Source: a virus
Lineage: Duplodnaviria; Caudoviricetes
IMG/VR virus record: IMGVR_UViG_3300037991_000413
Location: 1-26,160 of that record
Strand: one strand, 5' to 3'
Length of the DNA stretch: 26,160 nt
A model generated the notes under the pieces. It was not told where the DNA came from. It made no database searches and worked only from the letters and a program-made list of their open reading frames with translations. Below, in pieces: positions 7,597-16,268 of this stretch. How positions within the stretch are numbered: the stretch's first letter is position 1; each line of letters starts with the position of its first letter. Both the position numbers and the translations under genes were made by a program.

Positions 7597-10313
7597 TATA
7601 TTATCGCGTATCGCGCTCCTGATGAAATGGTTACTGTTACACCGTTAGCTACTGTAATTGCACCGACTGACATTGCATTATCAGTTGCAGCAACGGTTAC
7701 GTCTGAACTTATTGTTTGAGAGTGAGTGCTTACAGTTGACAAACCAGAGGAGTCTGCTGTCCAAGCATAATCGCTACCATTCCAACTAAGTATCTGACCA
7801 CTTGATGCACCGCTTACATTAAGGTGAGAATTTACATCGCTATCTGTATAACTTGTTACCGTTGGATCACTGTCTGGATTAATTAAAAGTTTAGTAGCAG
7901 AAATTGCAGTACCAGCCACAACAGAAATTGTATCTGGAGACAGTCCAAGAGCACCACTAGCTTGTACATAGTAAGTTTGACCAGCAGTTAGTCCTGATTG
8001 AGCATCGTCTACAGCGCCAGCAGTTTGAATTGTAGCTGTAGCACTATCAGCATAAGCACCGTCAGATATACCTATAAAGTTTTCAGCCGTAAGTGTCGCA
8101 CCACCAGCAATAGCTTGTGTAAACACAATGTATTTACCTCGTTGATAATCATCATGATCAGTAAATATTAATATGTTTTTCTCTGAATCTGGATCATAGA
8201 TAACGTCATTACCGCTTACAACGTGACCATCTTCAAATGTTGCCTCTGTTCCAAACGAAACGGACGTTCCAGAGATTGTAGCAATGTTGTAGTAACCCGA
8301 GCCACTATTGCCGCCTTTATTATATGTTAAAAGAGTTTTGTTTGAGGCTGGATTATACGACATAGCCGTGTAGAATAATTCGTCAGTGTTTGTAGACGCT
8401 GACGCTGCTGATCCGAAAGTTACAGACGTTCCAGAGATTGTAGCTACTTTTACGTTTAAGTTATAAGAACCACCAGTACTTGCATAGGCTACTAAATGTT
8501 TATTTGCACTCGAGTCATAAACGCTTTGTGTATACTTATGATAGCTTGAATTGATTGTTGCAGTTGATCCAAAAGAAACTGATGTACCCGAAATTGTAGC
8601 TACTGCCGCTTCTGCCGCTGTATATGATTTACACCAACAAACTAGAAATTTTTGAGCGTTGCTATCGTAGGTTACAGTATTGAAATTTGCTTCTGCGGTT
8701 ACAAAAGTTGTTTGCGATCCATAGCTAACTGATGTACCCGAAATAGTAGCAACACAAGCTTTACCGTATGTGTTATCATGATAGTCTTGATAGACTATTA
8801 AATGCTTATTAGCGTTAGAGTCAAAGGCACAATCAGTATATTGTATCAGACCAGCTTCAAATTGTGCTGGTGTACCAAAACTGATACTTGTATTTGATAC
8901 CGTTCCTACAACCCCATAACCATAATAAGAGTTTGCATAATCTCTATATATAATTAAAAATTTATTGGCACTGCTATCAAAAGAAATAGCTATGTGGTCA
9001 CAAGAACTTCCATTACTAAATTCTACTGGTGTTCCCCAAGATATACTTGAGCCAGAGACCGTTCCGACTACTGCATAACCATGACCAGAATCAGGTACGT
9101 TTCTATAGGCTACAACTACTTTATTTGAATTAGTGTCATAAGCAGCTTTTGCAAAAAGTTCATTACCATTACTATCTGTCGCTGTACCAGTGCCATATCG
9201 TGCAGTCGATCCGATAGATTGAGATACAGCCGTTTTAATGACGCTAACTGTTCCATCAGCATTGATAGCGACAAGTGAACCATCTGTAAGAGCACCTGAC
9301 GCTGTGGCTGTTAAAGAACCACCAGCTGCGCCACCGCCTGACTGATCTACAAAACTTAATTGACCTGACCCATCAGTTTTTAATACTTGATCTGCTGACC
9401 CGTCTGAGGTTGGAAAAGACAAACCATCTAAGATTATCTTACCTGAGCCGTCTGGTGTAATCGCAATGTTTCCATTAGATGCAGAAACAATTGACTGTCC
9501 GTTTACATCCAGATCACCGCCTAGCTGTGGAGTAGTATCAGCTGCTACACTTGCAATACCCCCTGATGATTGATCTACAAAACTTAAATTACCTGATCCG
9601 TCTGTTTTAAGAACTTGGTTAGCAGACCCATCAGAAGTAGGGTGAGAAAGACCATCAATAATAACTTTGCCTGTACCGTTTGGCGTTATTGAAATATTGC
9701 CATTAGATGCAGAAACGATACTGTTACCATTTACATCAAGATCACCGCCTAGCTGTGGGGTTGTATCCTCAGATAGATTATCAATACCGCTTGTGTCACT
9801 ATCTGTAACCCAATTAAAATCAGATCCGTTCCAGCCTAATATCTGACCACTAGACGCGCTGCCAGTATTTAAATGAGAACTAACATCACTGTCACCATAT
9901 GTTGATCCTTGTGGTGCTGTCTCAGCACTTGCACCCATGCCGCTATGATTAGAGCAATAATAATAAAGTAAATCAGGTGCGTCTTGCTGTAATTGAACTT
10001 CTACATATGCACCAGAACTTCCAGCTGTGCCTGATGTAGTGACGCCAGCTGTAAATGCAGAGCCACCGCCATGAGTACCATCTGAGGTTTCTGAGAATAC
10101 TAACGGATGCCCACTTACAGAACTATCTGAAACGTCAAAGCGATACTTTACGCCTTTTGGTATAAACATTGTTTGCTGAGAAGTTCCGTCTATGACAAAC
10201 TTACCGCCTGATACAGTTACAGTAACAGCAATACCCCTAACACTTGAGTCTTGTAACGTTCCGTCTGATTGTACGTCTTTAGCAAACGTGGCTAGATTTC
10301 TGTTGATACTCAT
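7596..10313 (-). CDS. Multidomain tail fibre / receptor-binding protein (905 aa)
   Basis: Contains a cupredoxin-like motif, duplicated DTTPQLGGDLDVNG...QVLKTDGSGxLSF shaft units, seven ~48-aa propeller-like repeats and a C-terminal NAMSVGAITVANGVTVTI motif. Confidence 0.85.
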   Translation of the reverse strand: MSINRNLATFAKDVQSDGTLQDSSVRGIAVTVTVSGGKFVIDGTSQQTMFIPKGVKYRFDVSDSSVSGHPLVFSETSDGTHGGGSAFTAGVTTSGTAGSSGAYVEVQLQQDAPDLLYYYCSNHSGMGASAETAPQGSTYGDSDVSSHLNTGSASSGQILGWNGSDFNWVTDSDTSGIDNLSEDTTPQLGGDLDVNGNSIVSASNGNISITPNGTGKVIIDGLSHPTSDGSANQVLKTDGSGNLSFVDQSSGGIASVAADTTPQLGGDLDVNGQSIVSASNGNIAITPDGSGKIILDGLSFPTSDGSADQVLKTDGSGQLSFVDQSGGGAAGGSLTATASGALTDGSLVAINADGTVSVIKTAVSQSIGSTARYGTGTATDSNGNELFAKAAYDTNSNKVVVAYRNVPDSGHGYAVVGTVSGSSISWGTPVEFSNGSSCDHIAISFDSSANKFLIIYRDYANSYYGYGVVGTVSNTSISFGTPAQFEAGLIQYTDCAFDSNANKHLIVYQDYHDNTYGKACVATISGTSVSYGSQTTFVTAEANFNTVTYDSNAQKFLVCWCKSYTAAEAAVATISGTSVSFGSTATINSSYHKYTQSVYDSSANKHLVAYASTGGSYNLNVKVATISGTSVTFGSAASASTNTDELFYTAMSYNPASNKTLLTYNKGGNSGSGYYNIATISGTSVSFGTEATFEDGHVVSGNDVIYDPDSEKNILIFTDHDDYQRGKYIVFTQAIAGGATLTAENFIGISDGAYADSATATIQTAGAVDDAQSGLTAGQTYYVQASGALGLSPDTISVVAGTAISATKLLINPDSDPTVTSYTDSDVNSHLNVSGASSGQILSWNGSDYAWTADSSGLSTVSTHSQTISSDVTVAATDNAMSVGAITVANGVTVTISSGARYAII
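9339..9767 (-). repeat. Tandem intragenic duplication, 2 x 67 aa at 228-nt period
   Basis: 9567-9767 and 9339-9539 encode DTTPQLGGDLDVNG...LSFVDQS, 58/67 aa identical by manual comparison. Confidence 0.9.
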
Positions 10314-10322
10314 AGCATATCC

Positions 10323-11036
10323 TTAAATTGCGTACTGTTGAACTTGCACAATATCGCCAGTGCTAGCGCCAGAAACTAAAGTGACTGTGCTTGACGAAAT
10401 TGAATAATCGGTAGTCGGTAAAAGCAAAATGCCGTTTAGATAAACAGCTGATTTATCGGTATTATAACTGCCAGAAAATGCAGTTTGTCCTGACGTTGCA
10501 GTAAACTCAGTAGTAGAATAATTTGCAGAAGCACCGCCATACTCTACAACTTCCACAATATCGCCAGCACTAGCGCCAGATCCTAAAACCACAGCCGTTC
10601 CCGAACTTGCTGTGAATGAGGAGCTATCTAACTTTGCTCCGTTCATAAAGATCAAAATATTTCCAACCGTGTAATTTACGCTGAAAGATGTTTGACCTGA
10701 CGTTGCCGTAAATGCTGTGAAATTGTGAGCAGCACCTGACAGAGTTAGATCAGCAGCAGACGGACTGATAAACAGATATGCAGAGCCGCTGAGATTTAAA
10801 AGCGAACCAGTAGAGCTACTGCTTAGAGTCCTAGTGAGTGTAGTGCCGCTGTGGGTGTATGTGCCTGTACCAATCTCCCAAGCCGTCCCATCTTCAATAA
10901 CATAGCGAACTTCATCACCGTTTGAAATGCCACCATCTGCAAAAGTCTGATAACCAGAACGAGCAGACCCTAAAGTGATTGTACCCGTTCCAGTTGTGCT
11001 AGTGCTTACAGAGACCCTATCAGCAAATTTTACCAT
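10323..11036 (-). CDS. Tail fibre anchor/adaptor: N-terminal attachment domain plus two tandem ~62-aa beta domains
   Basis: N-terminal [15 protein letters not shown]...WEIGTGTY...TLTR fibre-anchor pattern, then two copies of [10 protein letters not shown]...NG...LxSGASxGDIVxV. Confidence 0.75.
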   Translation of the reverse strand: MVKFADRVSVSTSTTGTGTITLGSARSGYQTFADGGISNGDEVRYVIEDGTAWEIGTGTYTHSGTTLTRTLSSSSTGSLLNLSGSAYLFISPSAADLTLSGAAHNFTAFTATSGQTSFSVNYTVGNILIFMNGAKLDSSSFTASSGTAVVLGSGASAGDIVEVVEYGGASANYSTTEFTATSGQTAFSGSYNTDKSAVYLNGILLLPTTDYSISSSTVTLVSGASTGDIVQVQQYAI

Positions 11037-11177
11037 TTACTTTTCCGCTTCTTTTTTCTTCTCATCTTTAGCCTCATCGCTCTTCAAATCTGTCGTGTAG
11101 CCTTTGTCAGAAATTTTCTTTGCGACTTCATCCGAAACAAACTCAAAGTGATGAACAGTTTTATTAGTCATAACCAT
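11037..11177 (-). CDS. Small charged protein, 46 aa (not in ORF track)
   Basis: MVMTNKTVHHFEFVSDEVAKKISDKGYTTDLKSDEAKDEKKKEAEK* fills the gap between neighbours. Its TAA abuts the next ATG and AAGGG lies upstream. Confidence 0.65.
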   Translation of the reverse strand: MVMTNKTVHHFEFVSDEVAKKISDKGYTTDLKSDEAKDEKKKEAEK

Positions 11178-11188
11178 CAGCAAAACCC

Positions 11189-11560
11189 TTATGACGGATC
11201 TGGGATACCAACCGCAAAACTTGCGCCAGTGAATGAGTTTCCGTTAGTTACCGACTGAGAAGCTGATAAGCTGCCAGTGACAAGCAATCTGCTGTTGCTT
11301 ACGTCGCTGATAGAATAGTGAGTTGCAGTTCCCGTACCTGTAATACTACCGTCTGTAATAGCAGCAAAAACTACCTCACGACCACCGCCAGATCTGTCAG
11401 AAGGTGCAGCGCCAGAAAGTGATGTAGAGTTTCCTAACGTGTATGTAGATGTAGCCTCAGCGTATGTAGTCGGTTCTTGACTGCAAACGTCAATTCTTGA
11501 TGCTTCTGTGTCAAGGACGCCTAGACCCGAGTCAAACACCCTGTTATTTAATGTAGCCAT
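11189..11560 (-). CDS. Small Ser/Thr/Gly-rich virion structural protein (123 aa)
   Basis: Strong SD TAAGGAG; beta-rich pattern GTGTATHY...LLVTGSL...VTNGNSFT; lies in the fibre region. Confidence 0.8.
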   Translation of the reverse strand: MATLNNRVFDSGLGVLDTEASRIDVCSQEPTTYAEATSTYTLGNSTSLSGAAPSDRSGGGREVVFAAITDGSITGTGTATHYSISDVSNSRLLVTGSLSASQSVTNGNSFTGASFAVGIPDPS

Positions 11561-11586
11561 TTTAAGATCTCCTTATTTGGTTGGCA

Positions 11587-11964
11587 TTATGGCAAGGTAG
11601 GCCATACGGGATTGAGAGGATCAAAGCCGTCAGCTTGCGGCATATCCCTCAAATTCTGTCTTAGTGTGCGATAGTTCTGTTTGTCTGTATCAGATAACGG
11701 ACTGTCTAAAGTTTGCGTCCAATCTGTATTTGCTAAACGTTTGTTACGCTCTTCTCTAAATTCTTCTAAATTTAAATTATTACTATGTACTTCTGCTTCT
11801 GCATCACTAGGAGTTTGCAATGTACCATCAACACAAGTTGATAAAATATGTTGCTTTCCCTCAACGTAAAAACCGTTTTCTGGTATCATTCCATCAAGGC
11901 TATCTGGCGAACAAGTTACATGACCATGCCATGATCCATCTGAATTGTATAAAGTATATTCCAC
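11587..11964 (-). CDS. Tail fibre assembly chaperone
   Basis: C-terminal REERNKRLANTDWTQ...D...YRTLRQNLRDMP...WPTLP, the Tfa-like chaperone signature. Confidence 0.88.
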   Translation of the reverse strand: MEYTLYNSDGSWHGHVTCSPDSLDGMIPENGFYVEGKQHILSTCVDGTLQTPSDAEAEVHSNNLNLEEFREERNKRLANTDWTQTLDSPLSDTDKQNYRTLRQNLRDMPQADGFDPLNPVWPTLP

Positions 11965-11966
11965 AA

Positions 11967-14900
11967 TTAGCCTGACAATATTAATGCAGCGAGTGTGCCG
12001 TAGGTATAACCACCACCGCTATCATTACCTCTTAATTGAATAGTAAAACCAACTGATCCGCTTGTACTTGATGTAGTCCCTGTACTTAACATAACGTAAA
12101 ATTCTCTAGTTGTTGTGCCACCTTCTTTGAATGAAATGTCTCTAGAAGCTGAAGAGTTTAAACTTACAGACGATCCTGTAGGTGTCACACGACCATATGG
12201 AGATGCAACATTCCCAGCGTTACCACCAACTGATAGAATAGCTACAAACTTTGCACCCGATTTAACGCCAGAAAATGATGCTGTTACACTTGCCGCTGAT
12301 CCGTTTCTAGTGACACTATTATTAAAAATAGTAGTATTTGCCTGACCAAGTTGAGGCATACGATCAACAGACAATGTACCAGCTGTAATATTGCCAGCGT
12401 TTATTGTGCCAGCGTAAACATAACTAGAAACAATGCTATCTGCTTCAATAGATGCTTGCTGCCACGAACTCCCATTAAAATGATAATATTTGCCTTGTGA
12501 CGTATGAAACCACAAATCACCAGCAGAGCCGCTTGGCTGTGAACTCTGATAATAGACTGTAGACTTGCTATTTAGCTGTGAGGTTGTAGCATAACCTGAC
12601 AGTGATGAACTTGTTATAAAACCAGAGTTATTATTTAATTGACTTGTATTTGTTGGTATATCTGAACTTGCTGCATAAGTGTTAGAAAGATCTGGTATCT
12701 GTCCAACTTGCAACGTACCGCGAATAACGCCAGCTCCAAACTCAGCGTCACCATTGTTCTTAATCTGCCAACCAGCAGAACCCGTACTAAAGTTAGAACT
12801 TTCAATAGTGTCTGTAATTTGAAAAGCGCCATTAACGCTTCCGTAAGTAATACTTAGAACAGTGCCGCTGACGTTTACTTCAACAGTATAGCCTACCGTC
12901 CATTCCTTTTCTGTAAAGCTTGTATTGCTTACAGTTGTTTGGCTGTGTGACCAGCCTGTAGGTGGTGAGCTAAAATTAGCATTTGCTACACTAAAAGTAC
13001 CCGTGTCATCTGTTGGTGCGCTAGGAGCTGTCGCTTGTAAAGTAGAGTAATACAATAGCCCTGAGAATATTCTTGTATCTGTATCAGCACCGCTAGTTGC
13101 TGCATCTGTCGTAGCGTTTACCGAGCTGCTAGCTGCGCTTTCATTTCCAGAAAAATCAACTGCTGTGACCCAATAATAGTATTGTGTGTTTACAGCCAGC
13201 GCTGCATCTACAAACTTGTCAGACCCACTAAAGGCAATAGGGCTAGCTGGCTGTGAGTTAGTCGTAGCTCTGTATATATTATATCCCTTAAGATCATACA
13301 GCGTAGCGCCACCAACTTGAGTAGTTGGAGCTGTCCAATCTAAAGTTATTTGTTTTGCTCCACCCGTAGCAGTTAATCCAGAAATAGCGCTAGGAGCTGT
13401 TGTATCACCGCCTACAGTGTGCGCTGATGCTGCTACCCAAGAGCCTACATTTCCTTTAACACCTACGCCTCTGACCCGTACATTGTATTGAGCGCCACTT
13501 TCTAATGGGCTAATGTTTGCTGCTGTGTCAGAAGCTGGAATTTCTGTTCTAAAATAATTACTGTCTGTAGTTTTTTTCCATTCAATTTCGTAATGATTGA
13601 GGAATTTACTTGTTGCCGCTGTCCAACTAACTCTCGCTTGCGTTACAAATGTTCCGTCTAATTGTACTGATCCTATATCAGTAACCGAAACATTAGACGG
13701 GCTAAGACCAGCCCTTATATCTGTCAGCGTAGAATTATTACTTAATATTTCGCTTTCTTCAGCTGACCAGCTAAAAGCTGCTGATGAAGTTTCGCGCAAT
13801 GTAAGACTTACACTCAGTTCCCCAGAGTCTCTTTTATTAGAAAACTTCCAGCCGACAACTTCAAAATCTTTTGCACTAAATCCGTAACGACTATTTGTAA
13901 TTGCAACAACGTCACCAACTTGCACATTAAAAGCATCTAACCCAAAGTCAGCTGTAAGCGTCATGCTTTCACGCGCTCTGAACAAAGTCATTTTTGCTAA
14001 CCGCTGCGCCATTGCGCTAGAGGTTGTGAAGGGTAGGGCTAAGTCTATCGCGCTTTCTACGCCAGCATCATTTGTAATAAAGGTTGAGCTTCTTATTTCT
14101 GGATAATCAGCTCTTACATAATCATCAGCAGCATTGTTAAACATTCCGCGTACAATGTTAAAACTGTCGCGTCTGCTCGGCTTAGTCTCAAGATTTATAC
14201 CAGATCTAAAATCGTCTAACGTAAATGTCTTAACAGCAGCTGTGTATTCTCCTACTTTTAACTGCCAGTTTCCTTGACCCCAAAAAAGCGTTGCAGCGCA
14301 TGAAGTCATCATATCGCCCAGAATATCAGACGGGCTTCTGTCTAAACTTACTACACCGTTTAGCTCATATCGTTTTTCAGTGCCGCCACCACTTAGGGTA
14401 ACATTTTCGTCACAAGTATTAGCAGCTGCTGAAAATACAGTGTCGTTTGTAACGCCTGTATTATCCACCCCGTAAGCGCTCGTAAGATAATCACGAATAC
14501 ATAAAGCAGCGTTAGCTGAAAAAGCAGTGCTGGAAGATCTAGGATCATAAACTTTTTTGCCCTCTACTATTGCAGTAAAAAGAGGTATTCCCTCGGCAAA
14601 AACATTTTGGTCATATTCCATCCTCACATAGAGGCAAGCAATCCCTTCACCTTTAAAGTTTGTATCTTCACTACTACTAGGAGCAACACCGTCTATGTTC
14701 CATTCTGGGGGATCTGTGATCCCGTTTAGTTGGCTATAAACATCTTGATTATCAGCGCCTAAAAACTTACGAATATAGATCTTTGGATTGTTGCTATCGT
14801 CTTTCCAACGTGCATCAGAAACAAAATGATCTGCTCCGATAGTTACAGTAACGTCATTAATGTAGACGTTGCCTATTTGATTTACTTCATGACCAGCCAG

Positions 14901-15269
14901 CACAATTATCTGGTGCAGAAACTTATTTGTAGCACCAGTGCTTTCTATGTATGTGACAACACCGCCTTTACGGACAGTGCCGTAAACAATTTCTTGTGGC
15001 GCTGTCGCTGTTCTGGTGTTTGCTAACAATCCTGAGCTACTACCAAATGCACCGAAATCAGGCTTTGGCATAAGAGCTTTTATTGCCCAGCTGCTGATTG
15101 CTGCTATCGCTAGATAGTTTATAGCTTGTGTAATAAATATTTGGGTAGCCGTAGCACTGGCTAAAATATTCCCACCAAATAAAATAAAAGGATCACGGGG
15201 TATTCGTTCCCAGCTGTGGAGACTAACTAACCTATAATTGTCTAGACTGTCTCTCACGCTAGCACCCAT
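11967..15269 (-). CDS. Tail tip attachment / host specificity protein (lambda J-like) with two FN3 domains
   Basis: 1100 aa with IVYGTVRKGG, GKKVYDPR, NAALCIRDYL, LPFTTSSAMAQRLAK and LxVGD-like VQVGDVV. FN3 motifs include VSW...YEIEWK...LESGAQYNVRVRG and LDW...GYNIYR...YYYWVTAVD. Confidence 0.9.
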   Translation of the reverse strand: MGASVRDSLDNYRLVSLHSWERIPRDPFILFGGNILASATATQIFITQAINYLAIAAISSWAIKALMPKPDFGAFGSSSGLLANTRTATAPQEIVYGTVRKGGVVTYIESTGATNKFLHQIIVLAGHEVNQIGNVYINDVTVTIGADHFVSDARWKDDSNNPKIYIRKFLGADNQDVYSQLNGITDPPEWNIDGVAPSSSEDTNFKGEGIACLYVRMEYDQNVFAEGIPLFTAIVEGKKVYDPRSSSTAFSANAALCIRDYLTSAYGVDNTGVTNDTVFSAAANTCDENVTLSGGGTEKRYELNGVVSLDRSPSDILGDMMTSCAATLFWGQGNWQLKVGEYTAAVKTFTLDDFRSGINLETKPSRRDSFNIVRGMFNNAADDYVRADYPEIRSSTFITNDAGVESAIDLALPFTTSSAMAQRLAKMTLFRARESMTLTADFGLDAFNVQVGDVVAITNSRYGFSAKDFEVVGWKFSNKRDSGELSVSLTLRETSSAAFSWSAEESEILSNNSTLTDIRAGLSPSNVSVTDIGSVQLDGTFVTQARVSWTAATSKFLNHYEIEWKKTTDSNYFRTEIPASDTAANISPLESGAQYNVRVRGVGVKGNVGSWVAASAHTVGGDTTAPSAISGLTATGGAKQITLDWTAPTTQVGGATLYDLKGYNIYRATTNSQPASPIAFSGSDKFVDAALAVNTQYYYWVTAVDFSGNESAASSSVNATTDAATSGADTDTRIFSGLLYYSTLQATAPSAPTDDTGTFSVANANFSSPPTGWSHSQTTVSNTSFTEKEWTVGYTVEVNVSGTVLSITYGSVNGAFQITDTIESSNFSTGSAGWQIKNNGDAEFGAGVIRGTLQVGQIPDLSNTYAASSDIPTNTSQLNNNSGFITSSSLSGYATTSQLNSKSTVYYQSSQPSGSAGDLWFHTSQGKYYHFNGSSWQQASIEADSIVSSYVYAGTINAGNITAGTLSVDRMPQLGQANTTIFNNSVTRNGSAASVTASFSGVKSGAKFVAILSVGGNAGNVASPYGRVTPTGSSVSLNSSASRDISFKEGGTTTREFYVMLSTGTTSSTSGSVGFTIQLRGNDSGGGYTYGTLAALILSG

Positions 15270-15673
15270 GCTGATGTAATTGTTTCAATCGGTAACGCTT
15301 CCAAAGACTGCTTTCCTAAGAATACAGCGCTGCTACCTAAGCTTATTCCTAAAGCATCATTTATGACCCAGCGCCTAGCTGCTTTAGTCGTTACTAATGC
15401 GCCTCTCGGTGGTACTCCCTGAACTCGGTCAAGTTTAGTTGCCAAAGCATCATAAAGACTGTGAGCTGCAAAGCTTTTCCTAAGCTTCTCACGACTTAAA
15501 TACATTCCGTTTTCTGTGTATTTACCAAGCCAATCGTCAGCATAACCAGTGCCATACATCGCTTTGAAACAGTTGTTAGTAAAAATAAAGCAATCGTTTG
15601 TGTGCCATTGAAAACCGTAATTTCTATTTGCTCTTATGTATTCGTTAAGAGCATCAAGATTAGGTTGCTTCAT
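15254..15673 (-). CDS. NlpC/P60-related tail tip assembly protein (DUF6950-like); start revised to MKQPNL
   Basis: FQWHTNDCFIF motif and PPRGALV. ATG at 15673 gives 139 aa with a 14-nt overlap, versus a 119-nt overlap for the ORF-track start. Confidence 0.75.
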   Translation of the reverse strand: MKQPNLDALNEYIRANRNYGFQWHTNDCFIFTNNCFKAMYGTGYADDWLGKYTENGMYLSREKLRKSFAAHSLYDALATKLDRVQGVPPRGALVTTKAARRWVINDALGISLGSSAVFLGKQSLEALPIETITSAWVLA

Positions 15674-16268
15674 CGCTTGCTTGTACTTCCCGACCCCAGA
15701 CAATTGATTTATCTTGCAAGCCAGATACCCAATCGAAAAAACTATCGTGTGCTGGTGTTCCAGAGTTGCCAGCGTCAAGATATTTTTGAAGCCTAACCGC
15801 CTTATGGCTTTCGCTTGTGTAGCGCCTCATATTAGGGCGCTCTAAAGTGATTAGTCTGTTTTCTATTGTCAGTTTTATTGTTGCGCTGTCTGCTTCATCT
15901 ACTATGGTCATTTGATCCATGTAGCCGCTAAACACTTCAACTACATCACTGACGCCATTAAGACCCCAATAAATTGTTACTAATCTGCCTTGATATTCTT
16001 CTGTCAAAGCGTAGGTCAAAACTGTGCTTGCTAAACCTGACAGAGTTAAAGTTGTTCCTCTAGCTGATAAATCGCCAGCCTCTTCTAAACCTTCTATAGA
16101 AAGAAGCGTACCCGTTCCTGTATAAGTTGCAGAGTTAATTGTTTTATCACCGTAGCCTGTCCACAGCCGCATAGCACCAGAATTAAAAGCTAAGTCTACA
16201 GCGTAGAACGGTTCAATTTCAGCGTTTGATAGAGCTGATAAAATCGCGCTTGGAACTGCTCTAGTCAT
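15660..16268 (-). CDS. Tail tip hub / minor tail protein
   Basis: RLWTGYG, YTGTGTLLSI, LTLSGL, YQGR, FSGYMD and RRYT pattern; located between Dit and the NlpC-like gene. Confidence 0.75.
   Translation of the reverse strand: MTRAVPSAILSALSNAEIEPFYAVDLAFNSGAMRLWTGYGDKTINSATYTGTGTLLSIEGLEEAGDLSARGTTLTLSGLASTVLTYALTEEYQGRLVTIYWGLNGVSDVVEVFSGYMDQMTIVDEADSATIKLTIENRLITLERPNMRRYTSESHKAVRLQKYLDAGNSGTPAHDSFFDWVSGLQDKSIVWGREVQASDEAT

Noticed and set aside
4201-11036. Invertible tail-fibre shufflon
   Set aside because: All genes are on one strand with their own starts, and I saw no invertase or inverted crossover sites.
15674-15778. ORF-track N-terminal extension of the NlpC-like gene
   Set aside because: It makes a long overlap with the hub gene. 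ATG 15673 fits the expected family length.
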